This document shows positions 1 to 10,146 of a DNA stretch of 64,000 nt, one piece after another. The DNA comes from Minisyncoccota bacterium (GTDB lineage: Bacteria > Patescibacteriota > Minisyncoccia > Phycocordibacterales > UBA918): NCBI GenBank assembly GCA_041389025.1, contig JAWKSP010000001.1, positions 542,663 to 606,662 of the forward strand, in the 5' to 3' direction. The first letter of the stretch is position 1, and the number at the start of each line of letters is the position of its first letter. The notes below the pieces were generated by a model. It did no database searches. It had not been told where the DNA came from and saw only the letters and a program-made list of their open reading frames with translations. The position numbers and the translations under genes are program-made.

Positions 1-72
1 TCGTTGAAACAAGAAGACGAGAACAGTGGTTCTATGGGTGAGATTATGAGACAAAGATCTCAAAAATACTAA
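1..72 (+). CDS. 3' end of a CDS entering from the left window edge (SLKQEDENSGSMGEIMRQRSQKY*)
   Basis: Frame 1 is open from base 1 to TAA at 70-72 and is followed by a terminator hairpin. Confidence 0.5.
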   Translation, partial: SLKQEDENSGSMGEIMRQRSQKY

Positions 73-86
73 AAGGAGTAAATTAA

Positions 87-122
87 AAAAACCTCGTAAT
101 TTTAATTATTACGAGGTTTTAT
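87..122 (+). terminator. Intrinsic terminator
   Basis: AAAACCTCGTAAT-loop-ATTACGAGGTTTT with A/T tails. Confidence 0.7.
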
Positions 123-182
123 TTATTGTTTACAAAAAAAGCACTAACATCGACAATATTAAAAGTATGCTAAACTGAAATC

Positions 183-2231
183 ATGTTTAAAAAATATTTT
201 CATACTACTACATCCAAAGTAATTTTATTATTCCTAATACTAATTGCTTTACAATGGTTCCCTTATACTGGTATTTTTTTGATGTTTACTGCTTCTGCGC
301 TATGGGTTGGTTATATGCCACATATAATTGTTTTAGCTATTATTTACGATGTGTACAAAAAACAAATACCTACATATATATTACTTATTCCCTTATTTTT
401 GATAGTCGGATATTACACACTATATTTTGCTGAAAATCCAAAAATAGCAATAGTTGAAAATGAATTAAAGGCTGAAAATCCAACTATTTTACTTAAATAT
501 GACGATAATTTACATTATATAATCAGTGACTACGATAGTGAAGAACTAGTAAAAAGATACAAAATACCTGCTGTATTCAAACCCAGTAAGGGAAACGTGT
601 ACACTTCTTACAGAATAGTTACCAGACAATTATGTGATGAACTAAGAGAAAAAAATGTCAGTAGTCTAGATGGTTTTTATCATGCCACCAACATGTACTG
701 GGAAGATTATTTTAATCCAGCAAATAATCGAGCATGGAGAAACTTATGTGTTGTTACTATGCCAGAACAAATTCCTGAACATAAAAAAAGTATATCTATG
801 GATAGCACAGATCTGGAAAGTAACAACGAAAAAGTGCATAAAGGAATTAATACTTTCTTCTTAGATGGAGAGAAGATTGGAGAATATATAAGTGCCTCTT
901 ACACCAGACTACCTGTTTTCCCTAAATTTGCTATTGGTTGCGGATTAAATTCTTCAGCAGCGTCGTGGGATTGTATTTTTGATTTTAGATATACCAGGCA
1001 ACAATTAGATACCTATCCAGGAAACTTTAATAGAGATAAATTTAAAAATACAGCAATCTCATTAATGCTCAATATTGAAAAATATCAAGAATCAGACTTA
1101 GAAAACCTCACAGACAATCCAGAGACAAAAGAAATACTTGATAAACTTATTGAAATAAAAAGTAACGAAACACCAGATGACTTCGATAAGTGGGGTATTA
1201 GAAAAGATAGTATTTATTCACCTAACATATATAGTATTGGTGAAATTAACGCATTTGAAGGTACAATTGGTAACTTTAATAATGGACTTCCTTTCAATGA
1301 ATTTATAAAGGAAAATATGGGATCTGTAGTCTTTATAAAAGCAAACATGGGAAGCACAGTGTGGGAAAACGGCTTCTATACACGGATATGTGATAATAAA
1401 CATGAGTGTGAAAACACAGGTTACACAGTACATAATAACGGTGACTCCTCATACGTCTATAATGATAATGACACAGGAACTATAGAAGGTTACTGGAAGA
1501 TTAGTAAAAAAGAAATAGTTCCTTATGATAGAAAAAGTGTCCCAAACACAATAGAACTGACAGGTGTCTCGTCTCAAGAAGTTTTTGATTTTACTAACCA
1601 AGAAGATTTATTGCAACATATAACAAACAAAAAACTACAAGAAGAATCAGATAAAATTTTGAAAAAATACAAACCGTTAATTCTAAATACCTCCAATAGT
1701 TTACTTTCATTTAAAAATTATATAAATGAGGAAATTGGAATTTATTTTGAATATCCAGATATTTTTAAAGAAGTAGACATAGATATAAGAAATGGTATCA
1801 CTGGCCGAAAATTCTATGGTATTTTCGAATTTTTTTCAGGTAACACCATATACCTAAGTGGAATGACAAAAGATTATACTGGAGAATATGAACGAATCAG
1901 TGTATTAGATACAAATAAATATACACAAAAAAGTATAAGTAGCTATATAGACTCCAGCTATAAATATATTGACGATACATTTGAACCATGGAAATGTAAC
2001 GGTGAAAGTCGTTGTGCTTCCGTTATCAAGAATACATACGCTCATCCAATATTGACCGAGGATCAAATCGCTGTTTTTATTTTTATACCTTATAGCCAGA
2101 ATAAGGATTTCAGTAATTTAACATTCCTACTTACGCCGACAGAAAATGACACTAATGTATCAGAGGCCGAAATCGAAGCACTTCGTAGTATAGTAACCTC
2201 AATTAAACTTGAACGTCCTGATGGATACTAA
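183..2231 (+). CDS. Hypothetical membrane-anchored protein (three N-terminal TM segments, large extracytoplasmic region)
   Basis: 682-aa ORF with a hydrophobic N-terminus; TGC-TAAACT -10 lies 6 nt before the ATG. Confidence 0.75.
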   Translation: MFKKYFHTTTSKVILLFLILIALQWFPYTGIFLMFTASALWVGYMPHIIVLAIIYDVYKKQIPTYILLIPLFLIVGYYTLYFAENPKIAIVENELKAENPTILLKYDDNLHYIISDYDSEELVKRYKIPAVFKPSKGNVYTSYRIVTRQLCDELREKNVSSLDGFYHATNMYWEDYFNPANNRAWRNLCVVTMPEQIPEHKKSISMDSTDLESNNEKVHKGINTFFLDGEKIGEYISASYTRLPVFPKFAIGCGLNSSAASWDCIFDFRYTRQQLDTYPGNFNRDKFKNTAISLMLNIEKYQESDLENLTDNPETKEILDKLIEIKSNETPDDFDKWGIRKDSIYSPNIYSIGEINAFEGTIGNFNNGLPFNEFIKENMGSVVFIKANMGSTVWENGFYTRICDNKHECENTGYTVHNNGDSSYVYNDNDTGTIEGYWKISKKEIVPYDRKSVPNTIELTGVSSQEVFDFTNQEDLLQHITNKKLQEESDKILKKYKPLILNTSNSLLSFKNYINEEIGIYFEYPDIFKEVDIDIRNGITGRKFYGIFEFFSGNTIYLSGMTKDYTGEYERISVLDTNKYTQKSISSYIDSSYKYIDDTFEPWKCNGESRCASVIKNTYAHPILTEDQIAVFIFIPYSQNKDFSNLTFLLTPTENDTNVSEAEIEALRSIVTSIKLERPDGY

Positions 2232-2242
2232 TTTTTATAATT

Positions 2243-3022
2243 TTACAATGACTCTTGACTCAACTCTATAGCCTTTTCTCTTATTTCAGACAAAGGTATA
2301 GGTTCTGTGTCAGAATAACCACCACCATAAAGATATTGCTGATATGGCAATAAAATATCTCTAATCAAAATCTGAGAATTATTATTTACAAAAGGTATTT
2401 TTGTCAAAAAATAGCCATGTATTTCCCTACCAGCATTACTACCTACCGTACTTTGAGAAAACCACAAATTACTGCCGTTCACATAAACTAATGTAACATG
2501 ATTAGACATCTGTTCATCTGGTATTGGTGGCAAATAATACTCTAGACTTATACTTGGTGGTACATTTACTGTAGTAGATGAATGTAATTCTGGAAGTTGT
2601 AAAAACAAATCTTTGTCTTTCTCGTCCTCAAATTCAAAACCCCGCGCAAGCATACCAGTAAACTCAAAACCTTGAGTTGCTGTGTTTTTTAATTGATCGT
2701 AAGTAGTTATCATTTGCTTAACGTCATCTGTTAATTCAATCTCATCAGCTATTTTTATATATTCAGGTAACGTAAAGTTTTTATAATAATTAACCGTGTA
2801 AGATTTATAGCACCAGTTAATGCCGCCACACGAATGTTGAGCCGGATAGCTTTCGGCTTCTCTGTAAACACCAAGACAAACACAATCTTTAACTGGTGTT
2901 AGATTATCGTCTCCGTGTAACCATATTTCTTCAGTATAAAAATAAGTAAAGAAAGGTAGGTTTATTAATAAAACCAGCATTAAAAAAAACAATATTTTTT
3001 TCTTTGTAAAATACATCTTCAT
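2243..3022 (-). CDS. Hypothetical protein with an N-terminal TM anchor
   Basis: Long ORF; start reset to MKMYFTKKK (3022) to avoid overlap with uppP. Confidence 0.7.
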   Translation of the reverse strand: MKMYFTKKKILFFLMLVLLINLPFFTYFYTEEIWLHGDDNLTPVKDCVCLGVYREAESYPAQHSCGGINWCYKSYTVNYYKNFTLPEYIKIADEIELTDDVKQMITTYDQLKNTATQGFEFTGMLARGFEFEDEKDKDLFLQLPELHSSTTVNVPPSISLEYYLPPIPDEQMSNHVTLVYVNGSNLWFSQSTVGSNAGREIHGYFLTKIPFVNNNSQILIRDILLPYQQYLYGGGYSDTEPIPLSEIREKAIELSQESL

Positions 3023-3036
3023 ACTTAATTCATAAT

Positions 3037-3846
3037 CTAAACAAAAAACACTACATAAAAAACCAACATCGACAATATAAGTGTATACCAAATAAACGGC
3101 CACAAAGTATAACGACGAATAAAGGCTAAAAAGAAATGGATTACTATAATAGCCGAAACAAAACTAACCACCGCTCCCACTAATATCATTCCCCATTGTG
3201 CTTCACCATCAAACACAATAAGATCCAGTAATTTTTTAAAACCTAAACCAAGCGTAATAGGTATCGCTAAAAGAAAGGAAAAGCGCGCTGACTCATAACG
3301 AGATAAGCCGATCAACATCCCACCCGCCAAGGTAGTACCTGACCGTGATAAACCAGGAATTAGGGCTAAAGCTTGAAACAAACCTACCAATAAACCACGT
3401 CTGACTGTCAACTGTCCTTGTGGTGGGTTTAAATAATATTGCCATTCAGCATACATAAAAAATATTGCTCCAAAAAATAGACCGATCGCCACCATCAAAG
3501 CGCTATTTAAATATTTATCAAACACTGGCTCTAATAATAAACCTAAAATAACCGCCGGAATAGTTCCTGCCATTAAAGCGTAGAGCATCGTTAAATCTTT
3601 TTCGTTAACAGGTAAGCGTCCAAGTTTACGCATAGCCGTCTGTACCAAAACCCATAAGTCTCGCCAAAAATAAACAATCACAGCCAAAGTGGTAGCTAAA
3701 TGTAAAATAGCACTCATTGCTAACTCATTTACTTCACTGACATTCAGTAAATCTTGCACCAATACCAAATGACCGCTAGATGATACTGGTAGAAATTCTG
3801 TAATACCCTGAACTAAACCCAATATAACTGAAGTTACAATATCCAT
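3037..3846 (-). CDS. uppP: Undecaprenyl-diphosphatase (BacA family)
   Basis: QGITEFLPVSSSGH and PGLSRSG motifs, multiple TM helices. Confidence 0.96.
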   Translation of the reverse strand: MDIVTSVILGLVQGITEFLPVSSSGHLVLVQDLLNVSEVNELAMSAILHLATTLAVIVYFWRDLWVLVQTAMRKLGRLPVNEKDLTMLYALMAGTIPAVILGLLLEPVFDKYLNSALMVAIGLFFGAIFFMYAEWQYYLNPPQGQLTVRRGLLVGLFQALALIPGLSRSGTTLAGGMLIGLSRYESARFSFLLAIPITLGLGFKKLLDLIVFDGEAQWGMILVGAVVSFVSAIIVIHFFLAFIRRYTLWPFIWYTLILSMLVFYVVFFV

Positions 3847-3923
3847 GACACTAACAGTATAACATTAAAAAACATTAATTTATGCTATAATACGGCCATT
3901 AAATGTAATTTTTTGTAATAATT

Positions 3924-4682
3924 ATGGAACCACAAGAACAGACTTCTTCCTCATCAGTCGCTATTCCAATTGCTATTGTTTTTGGTTTTGGCTTAATCGC
4001 TTTGGCGATTTTTTTTAGTGGTGGTAATAAAAGTACAGTTGATGACACTCCAAAAGTTGATGAGAGTAATTTAGCAGTGACTGGAGACATTAGACCAATC
4101 GATGAGACCGATTACATAAGAGGTAATCCTAACGCACCGATTTTAATTGTTGAATACTCTGACTATGATTGTCCGTTTTGTAAGAGTTTTCACCAAACCA
4201 TGAATCAAATCATGAACGAGTATGGTGTAACTGGAAAAGTCGCTTGGGTCTATAGACAATTTCCTCTAGCCCAACTTCACCCCAACGCACCACGGATTTC
4301 TGAGGCAGCTCTATGTGTCGGTGAGCTTGGTGGTAATGATGCTTTTTGGAAGTTCTCTGACCAAGTCTTTGAGAATCGTGGTGTAAACGAATTAACCAAT
4401 ATCAGCAATTTAGCAAACTACGCTGAAGAAAGTGGTGTTTCTAAATCCGACTATGAAGCTTGTGTTCAAAGCGGTCGACATGAAGCATCGGTACAAGCTA
4501 GTTTACGCGACGGTGCTCAAGCTGGTGCAGGCGGTACACCTCATTCATTTGTTTTGATCGGTAACCAAAAGGCTGTAATTGAAGGTGCACAACCTTACGC
4601 TGTAGTGAAGCAAATTGTTGAAGGACTGATTGCTCAACTCGAAGGAACAGATACTGGTGTGCTGATAGTTAGTGAAAATTAA
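3924..4682 (+). CDS. DsbA-family thioredoxin-fold oxidoreductase with an N-terminal TM
   Basis: EYSDYDCPFC, RQFPL..LHP and GTP (cis-Pro) motifs. Confidence 0.92.
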   Translation: MEPQEQTSSSSVAIPIAIVFGFGLIALAIFFSGGNKSTVDDTPKVDESNLAVTGDIRPIDETDYIRGNPNAPILIVEYSDYDCPFCKSFHQTMNQIMNEYGVTGKVAWVYRQFPLAQLHPNAPRISEAALCVGELGGNDAFWKFSDQVFENRGVNELTNISNLANYAEESGVSKSDYEACVQSGRHEASVQASLRDGAQAGAGGTPHSFVLIGNQKAVIEGAQPYAVVKQIVEGLIAQLEGTDTGVLIVSEN

Positions 4683-4690
4683 AAAGATAG

Positions 4691-4719
4691 AAAATGGCCA
4701 CGCTTCGCGTGGCATTTTT
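4691..4719. terminator. Bidirectional terminator between convergent genes
   Basis: GCCACGC-TTC-GCGTGGC flanked by A/T tracts. Confidence 0.7.
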
Positions 4720-4732
4720 CATCTTTTATTTT

Positions 4733-7700
4733 TTATCCAACTAAAAACCTATCCACTAAATGACAATACTGACACTTCTTATCATCACAAACTTGTTTCA
4801 TACACTCACCATTCACAACATTTTTTGTCGCTTCAATAATAGATAACTTTAACTCTTCAATTTCCTCAACACTAATATTATATGACTCTTCTCTTAAATT
4901 ACCTTTACTATCAGGCTCAACAAAAGATAGGACCATATCACGGCTATGTAACTCAGACTGAGTTTGCAAAGACAGTAACAAAGCATAAAAAACCAACTGT
5001 CGCTTGTATCCACCATCACTATCTTTGGTTGTTCCCTCTATCTGTCCTTTTGTTTTTGGCTTACCGGTTTTATAATCTGTCACTTTTACTATCCTCCCCT
5101 GCTCATCAAAATCAACTCGGTCAAATTTACCGGTAAGCATAACTTCCGGAAAATCTTTAAGATCGGTTTCAAGCATAGCTTGTACAGCATATTCTGTTTG
5201 ATATCTGTATCCAAGCGAACTTTTTAGCTTGGGTAAATATGACATAAGCGCCAAAAAAGCACGTTCGTGTAAGGTAACAAATTCCGAATCAGACAATGGT
5301 AGATTACCCAACACATCATCAAGCATGGTTTTGACTTCCGTATCGGAATACTCAATACCATCAGCCATTTTTTTTACAATTTTCTCCAAAACCAAGTGAA
5401 CCGCACTACCGAACTGTAACTCCGGAGTTTTTATACTCGGTATTTGCAGTGCGTTTTTAAAGATGTATTCCCAAGGACTCTTACAATAATTATTAAACGA
5501 AGTGGCCGACCAACCTCTTTTATCTAGAGCCAAAGCAAGGAAACCTGAGTTTAGAGACAGGTTCGGTACCGTCCGCAAACTATCAGTCGGATTAAAATCA
5601 CCTTCAAACGAAGACATATCTTTATCTTCAATCTCACAATCTTCCAGTCCCAAAAGAAAACGTGATGGTACCAATTCCTTACCTTCACCATTTGTGTCAG
5701 CATACGAAAAGCTCAATATTCGTTTTGCTCTGGTCACTGCCACGTAAAAAAGTCTCCTCTCATCATCTTCGGCTTGAGCCTTAAGATCATCTACCTCATG
5801 CTTTACTATTGGCAAATCAAAAGTCGCCGACCGCACTGATGCTCCCCAAACATTGTCGTTTAAATGCGGGACAAAGACTGCCTCAAACTCCAACCCTTTA
5901 GACTTATGAGCGGTCATAAGTTGCACAGCTTCTTTATTTACCTCCACCGCCGGAGCGCTTAAAGAGACATTATGTTTTTCGCTAAGCTCCAAGCGCTTCA
6001 AAACAGAAGATAAGTCCAGAGCTTCTTTCTTATCATACATTGTCTCCACCTCGTCATACACTCGCCTCACCACCCTTACACCATCATAGATATCCGCCTT
6101 TAAGACATAATCTAAAAAACCACTTTCATTTAGTAAATATTCAAGTAATTCAGCTGGGGTTTTGGTCAGACTAAGTGATTGTATACTTTTCACTAATTCA
6201 CTAATTTTCAAAACCATCTCAATCTCCCCAACCCCAATCTCTTTCAACTCTTTTTCATCGGTAATTAGCTTTGCCAACGGTTTCTTATATGATCGCGTTT
6301 TAAAAATATTTATCAAATCATCGGCCGGTATATTCCAATATGGAGCAAACAAAAGTTTTGCTAGTAGTGCTTCATTCTTAAAATCAACCACCAACTGGAT
6401 CAATTCTTTAATGTTAATAAAAATCGGATGAGTTAAAACATCACGATCAGCTGACGGTACAACCGGTATATCATATTTTCTAAACAAAGTGGCTAACTCT
6501 TCAACTTCCTTGTTGGAACGCACAATCACCGCTATCTCAGACCAATCAACCCCTTGCTCGTGCGTAGCTTGCACTTCCTTTACCAACCAATCATTTTCCA
6601 CTGCTTTATGTGAAAAGTTTTGTTTGGTAATGGTTGTTTGCAATTTTTGATTAGCAAAAAGAGGCACGCGCAAGTCTGCCAATAACGGATCATCGGACTT
6701 TATACTTTCATGAGCCAGATCGAGAATTTTTTGATCAGAACGATAATTATTGGTCAAAGAGATAGTCATTGCTCCTTTAAATATATTTTCAAAATATAAA
6801 AAGTTATCCAAGGACGCTCCTTGAAAACGATAGATAGCTTGTTTTTCGTCTCCCACTACAAATACATTGGGGTTTTCGTGATAAGAAGCCACCAGCTCAA
6901 TCAGGTGGTTTTGACTTTGGTTCACATCCTGATGTTCGTCAGCCAAGATATATTGATATTGCTCCTGTACATCATAGAGCATTTCCTGATTTTCCTTCAG
7001 TGCTTTAATGGTATCCAAAATCATATCCTCAAAGTCATACAACCGTAGTCGTTTTAACTCCGACATATATAAACGGTATATTAGTAGCAACTCTTGGTTG
7101 CGATTTAAAAACTTTTCAGCCGTCAAGTATTCACCACGCACTTTCCCTTTATGCGCTCCCTTACTGTGATACTTTTCAATCTGTTCAAGATCGCTGTTTT
7201 TTTTGGCAATATGTTCTGCCAGCTTATCCGGTGAAATATCTTCACGCTTTAGTGTGGTAATGGCATTTAAAATTTTTCCGACGTAGTAGGTGGGGTCGCC
7301 GGTCGGCCTAAGGACTTTGTATTCACCACTTGAAAGCAAATCCTCGATCACCATTATCTTCTCCAAGTCCGTGGCTGGTCGGCCTCCTACAATATTCTCA
7401 TACGAATCCGGATAACGTCGTATCAAATCTCCGGCAAAACTATGAAAAGTATGAATCGGCACACGATAAGCATCCGCTCCAATAAAACCAGACAACCGAG
7501 TTCGCATCGCCCGTACTCCGGACTCAGTAAAAGTCAGCGCTAGGATATTTTCTGGTTTTGTATCAGTCTGACGTAGAATATTAGCGATACGTAGAGTCAA
7601 GATTTGTGTCTTACCGGTACCAGGACCAGCAATCACCATCACCGGACCTTCAATAGTATCTACCGCCTTTTTTTGCTCGGTATTTAGGCGGTCATATGCT

Positions 7701-7753
7701 TCCAGAAACACTCTTTCATTCCCCTCTTTCTTATCGTTAGTTTTTCCTTGCAT
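4733..7753 (-). CDS. UvrD/PcrA-like SF1 helicase fused to a C-terminal PD-(D/E)xK nuclease
   Basis: AGPGTGKT, DEHQD, VGDEKQAIYRFQGA, TAHKSKGLEF, ERRLFYVAVTRAK; C-terminal GKFDRVD..VTDYKTG; start reset to MQGKT after TGC-TATACT. Confidence 0.92.
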   Translation of the reverse strand: MQGKTNDKKEGNERVFLEAYDRLNTEQKKAVDTIEGPVMVIAGPGTGKTQILTLRIANILRQTDTKPENILALTFTESGVRAMRTRLSGFIGADAYRVPIHTFHSFAGDLIRRYPDSYENIVGGRPATDLEKIMVIEDLLSSGEYKVLRPTGDPTYYVGKILNAITTLKREDISPDKLAEHIAKKNSDLEQIEKYHSKGAHKGKVRGEYLTAEKFLNRNQELLLIYRLYMSELKRLRLYDFEDMILDTIKALKENQEMLYDVQEQYQYILADEHQDVNQSQNHLIELVASYHENPNVFVVGDEKQAIYRFQGASLDNFLYFENIFKGAMTISLTNNYRSDQKILDLAHESIKSDDPLLADLRVPLFANQKLQTTITKQNFSHKAVENDWLVKEVQATHEQGVDWSEIAVIVRSNKEVEELATLFRKYDIPVVPSADRDVLTHPIFINIKELIQLVVDFKNEALLAKLLFAPYWNIPADDLINIFKTRSYKKPLAKLITDEKELKEIGVGEIEMVLKISELVKSIQSLSLTKTPAELLEYLLNESGFLDYVLKADIYDGVRVVRRVYDEVETMYDKKEALDLSSVLKRLELSEKHNVSLSAPAVEVNKEAVQLMTAHKSKGLEFEAVFVPHLNDNVWGASVRSATFDLPIVKHEVDDLKAQAEDDERRLFYVAVTRAKRILSFSYADTNGEGKELVPSRFLLGLEDCEIEDKDMSSFEGDFNPTDSLRTVPNLSLNSGFLALALDKRGWSATSFNNYCKSPWEYIFKNALQIPSIKTPELQFGSAVHLVLEKIVKKMADGIEYSDTEVKTMLDDVLGNLPLSDSEFVTLHERAFLALMSYLPKLKSSLGYRYQTEYAVQAMLETDLKDFPEVMLTGKFDRVDFDEQGRIVKVTDYKTGKPKTKGQIEGTTKDSDGGYKRQLVFYALLLSLQTQSELHSRDMVLSFVEPDSKGNLREESYNISVEEIEELKLSIIEATKNVVNGECMKQVCDDKKCQYCHLVDRFLVG

Positions 7754-7927
7754 GGTGAGAGTATAGCATTTTGAAAAAATAATCACCTTTTATTTACACT
7801 TTCTACCGCTACCCACGATAAACCTAGTGTAAAACCGCAGTTGACAGATAAAAATCACAGGAGCATAATGCAAACTTAAATTATAGGCTTGTCCGCCTAT
7901 TTTAGTCATTAAACATTTCAATATTTT

Positions 7928-10018
7928 ATGCTTACCGCAGAAGCTACGTTGGCTATGTTTGCCATGTTTGGTATCTCCAGCTTGGCAATTTTTTGGGCTA
8001 AACGTTTCCGTATTCCGCATACGGTATTTTTAGTTATTGTTGGTCTTATAATCGGGTTATTATCAAACTTCTCTATTTTCGGTTTTTTCACTGAGTTTGA
8101 ATTTACCCCCGAGCTTTTGTTCTTCCTACTCTTACCAACCCTGATTTTTGAATCAGCCTATAACATAAACATCAGAAGAATCGTCGACGACGCCGGTATC
8201 ATAGTGCTTTTAGCCGTAGTTGGTCTCTTGATTTCTACTGTCATCATCGGTACCGCTATCTACTTTTTACTCGGTCTCTTTGGTCTTTATGTACCGTTTA
8301 TTGTTACCTTGCTTTTTGGCGCACTTATTTCCGCCACCGACCCAGTAGCGGTATTGGCGCTGTTTAAAGAGTTTGGTGCCCCGCGTCGACTTTCACTTAT
8401 CTTTGAAGGAGAAAGTCTTTTCAACGACGCAACTGCAGTAGCTTTATTCTTAGTGTTACTCGGTGTAGCCAGTTCCGGTTTTCACGGTGGCGAAACCATA
8501 ATAGAAGGTTTGGTTAGTTTCACTTCCATGATGATTGGCGGTGTGGTTTTTGGTCTTCTCATGGGTTTGGTTTTCACAAAACTCATCGGCTACGCTCGTG
8601 AAAACGAAGTGGCCAGTATCACTCTAACCATCGTCTTGGCTCACACCACCTTTATTCTGGCGGAAATTATTTCCCATCACTTTACCTTGGGAACATACCA
8701 TTTTCCGATTTCACCGATTATCGCAACCACTATCGCCTCTTTGGTAATGGGTAATTATGGACGAAGTAAAATTCATCCTAAAGCTGAAGAATTCGTAGAA
8801 AAACTTTGGGGTCAACTAGCTTTCTTGGCAAACTCACTAATATTCATTTTAATTGGTATTTTGGCGGTTCCGGTCTTACGTCTTGACATGACTATGATCA
8901 CAGTTATTTTGGTTACTATTGTTATAGTTGCTATCGCTCGCGCTATTTCTATTTATCCAGTGGTTGGTTTATACAATAAAACTATTCCGGAAAAAAGGAG
9001 GTTACCAAGATCTTGGCAACACTTACTGTCTTGGGGATCGCTTCGTGGCGCACTCGCTGTCACCATGGTACTTTTGATACCAGATGATTTCACTGTTACC
9101 AACTGGACACTCTCGATGACTCCAAAAGAATTTTTACTTTCCCTAACTGTCGGCTGTATTTTTGCCACTTTGTTTATTAAGGCCACCTCAATTCAACGGG
9201 TAATGAACAAATTAAAATTAGATTCATTAACCGAACTAGAAAAAGTGGAAATACAAGAAGCCAGAGCCATTATCCACCATGAAGTAAATGAACGTATCGC
9301 TGTCTACCAAGCTCGAGGTTATATAGACACACCGGTCGCCAATGAATTGGCCGAACAACATAAACAACAATACGAAAAAGCCTGCGGCAAACTCTGCTCA
9401 CCAGATATGAAAAGATTATCATTACGTGTATTACGTATGTATGCTATCGGTATTGAACGCAAACACTTAAAGGAGTTGTATCACCACAATGAAATAAACG
9501 AAAAAGTTTATCGACGCCTATCTGGTAAATTACAATTACAATTAGAGGAAGTAGAGTCGGGCAATCTATCACCAAACATGACTTTACACACTGATAATCG
9601 TGATGTATTTGACCGACTAGAAGCTTTCTTCATGAAATTTTTTGGTAAAGATATTAACAAACAAACAATTGATGACTTGTTTATGTATTATAGAGCTCAA
9701 GCTATCATTTCCCGCAAGGTATTAAAAGAACTAAGTGTTATCGACCAACCTAGTGCTGAAGATATTTTTAGTAAAGAAGCTTTAGAACACGTCACCGAAC
9801 TTTATACTTCTTTTAGGAACAATTCAGAAAAGAAAATGAACGACACCGCTGAAAAACATCCAGAACACTATCAAAAAATGTCTTACGTCTTGGCTACTCA
9901 CGGGGTGGAAAAGATTGAAGAAAACGTACTTCATGAACTTTACGAACGAGATTTGATTACGCCAAAGTTGTATATTACACTTTCCGACGAATTACACCAA
10001 GGTCCACAAAAATCATAA
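7928..10018 (+). CDS. CPA1-family Na+/H+ antiporter with a long cytoplasmic C-terminal domain
   Basis: SATDPVAV, EGESLFNDA and LRGAL motifs, ~12 TM helices. Confidence 0.93.
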   Translation: MLTAEATLAMFAMFGISSLAIFWAKRFRIPHTVFLVIVGLIIGLLSNFSIFGFFTEFEFTPELLFFLLLPTLIFESAYNINIRRIVDDAGIIVLLAVVGLLISTVIIGTAIYFLLGLFGLYVPFIVTLLFGALISATDPVAVLALFKEFGAPRRLSLIFEGESLFNDATAVALFLVLLGVASSGFHGGETIIEGLVSFTSMMIGGVVFGLLMGLVFTKLIGYARENEVASITLTIVLAHTTFILAEIISHHFTLGTYHFPISPIIATTIASLVMGNYGRSKIHPKAEEFVEKLWGQLAFLANSLIFILIGILAVPVLRLDMTMITVILVTIVIVAIARAISIYPVVGLYNKTIPEKRRLPRSWQHLLSWGSLRGALAVTMVLLIPDDFTVTNWTLSMTPKEFLLSLTVGCIFATLFIKATSIQRVMNKLKLDSLTELEKVEIQEARAIIHHEVNERIAVYQARGYIDTPVANELAEQHKQQYEKACGKLCSPDMKRLSLRVLRMYAIGIERKHLKELYHHNEINEKVYRRLSGKLQLQLEEVESGNLSPNMTLHTDNRDVFDRLEAFFMKFFGKDINKQTIDDLFMYYRAQAIISRKVLKELSVIDQPSAEDIFSKEALEHVTELYTSFRNNSEKKMNDTAEKHPEHYQKMSYVLATHGVEKIEENVLHELYERDLITPKLYITLSDELHQGPQKS

Positions 10019-10030
10019 TTGCATAAAACA

Positions 10031-10061
10031 AAAAATCCCTGCTTTAAAAGCAAGGATTTTT
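10031..10061. terminator. Bidirectional terminator
   Basis: AAAAATCCCTGCTTT/AAAGCAAGGATTTTT inverted repeat between convergent genes. Confidence 0.6.
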
Positions 10062-10146
10062 ATTTTTACTAATTTTATTAGTCTTGCAGGTAATAATGAT
10101 ACTCTAAGGAACAGATAAATTTCTTAACCTTGTCACAACCTCCTTA

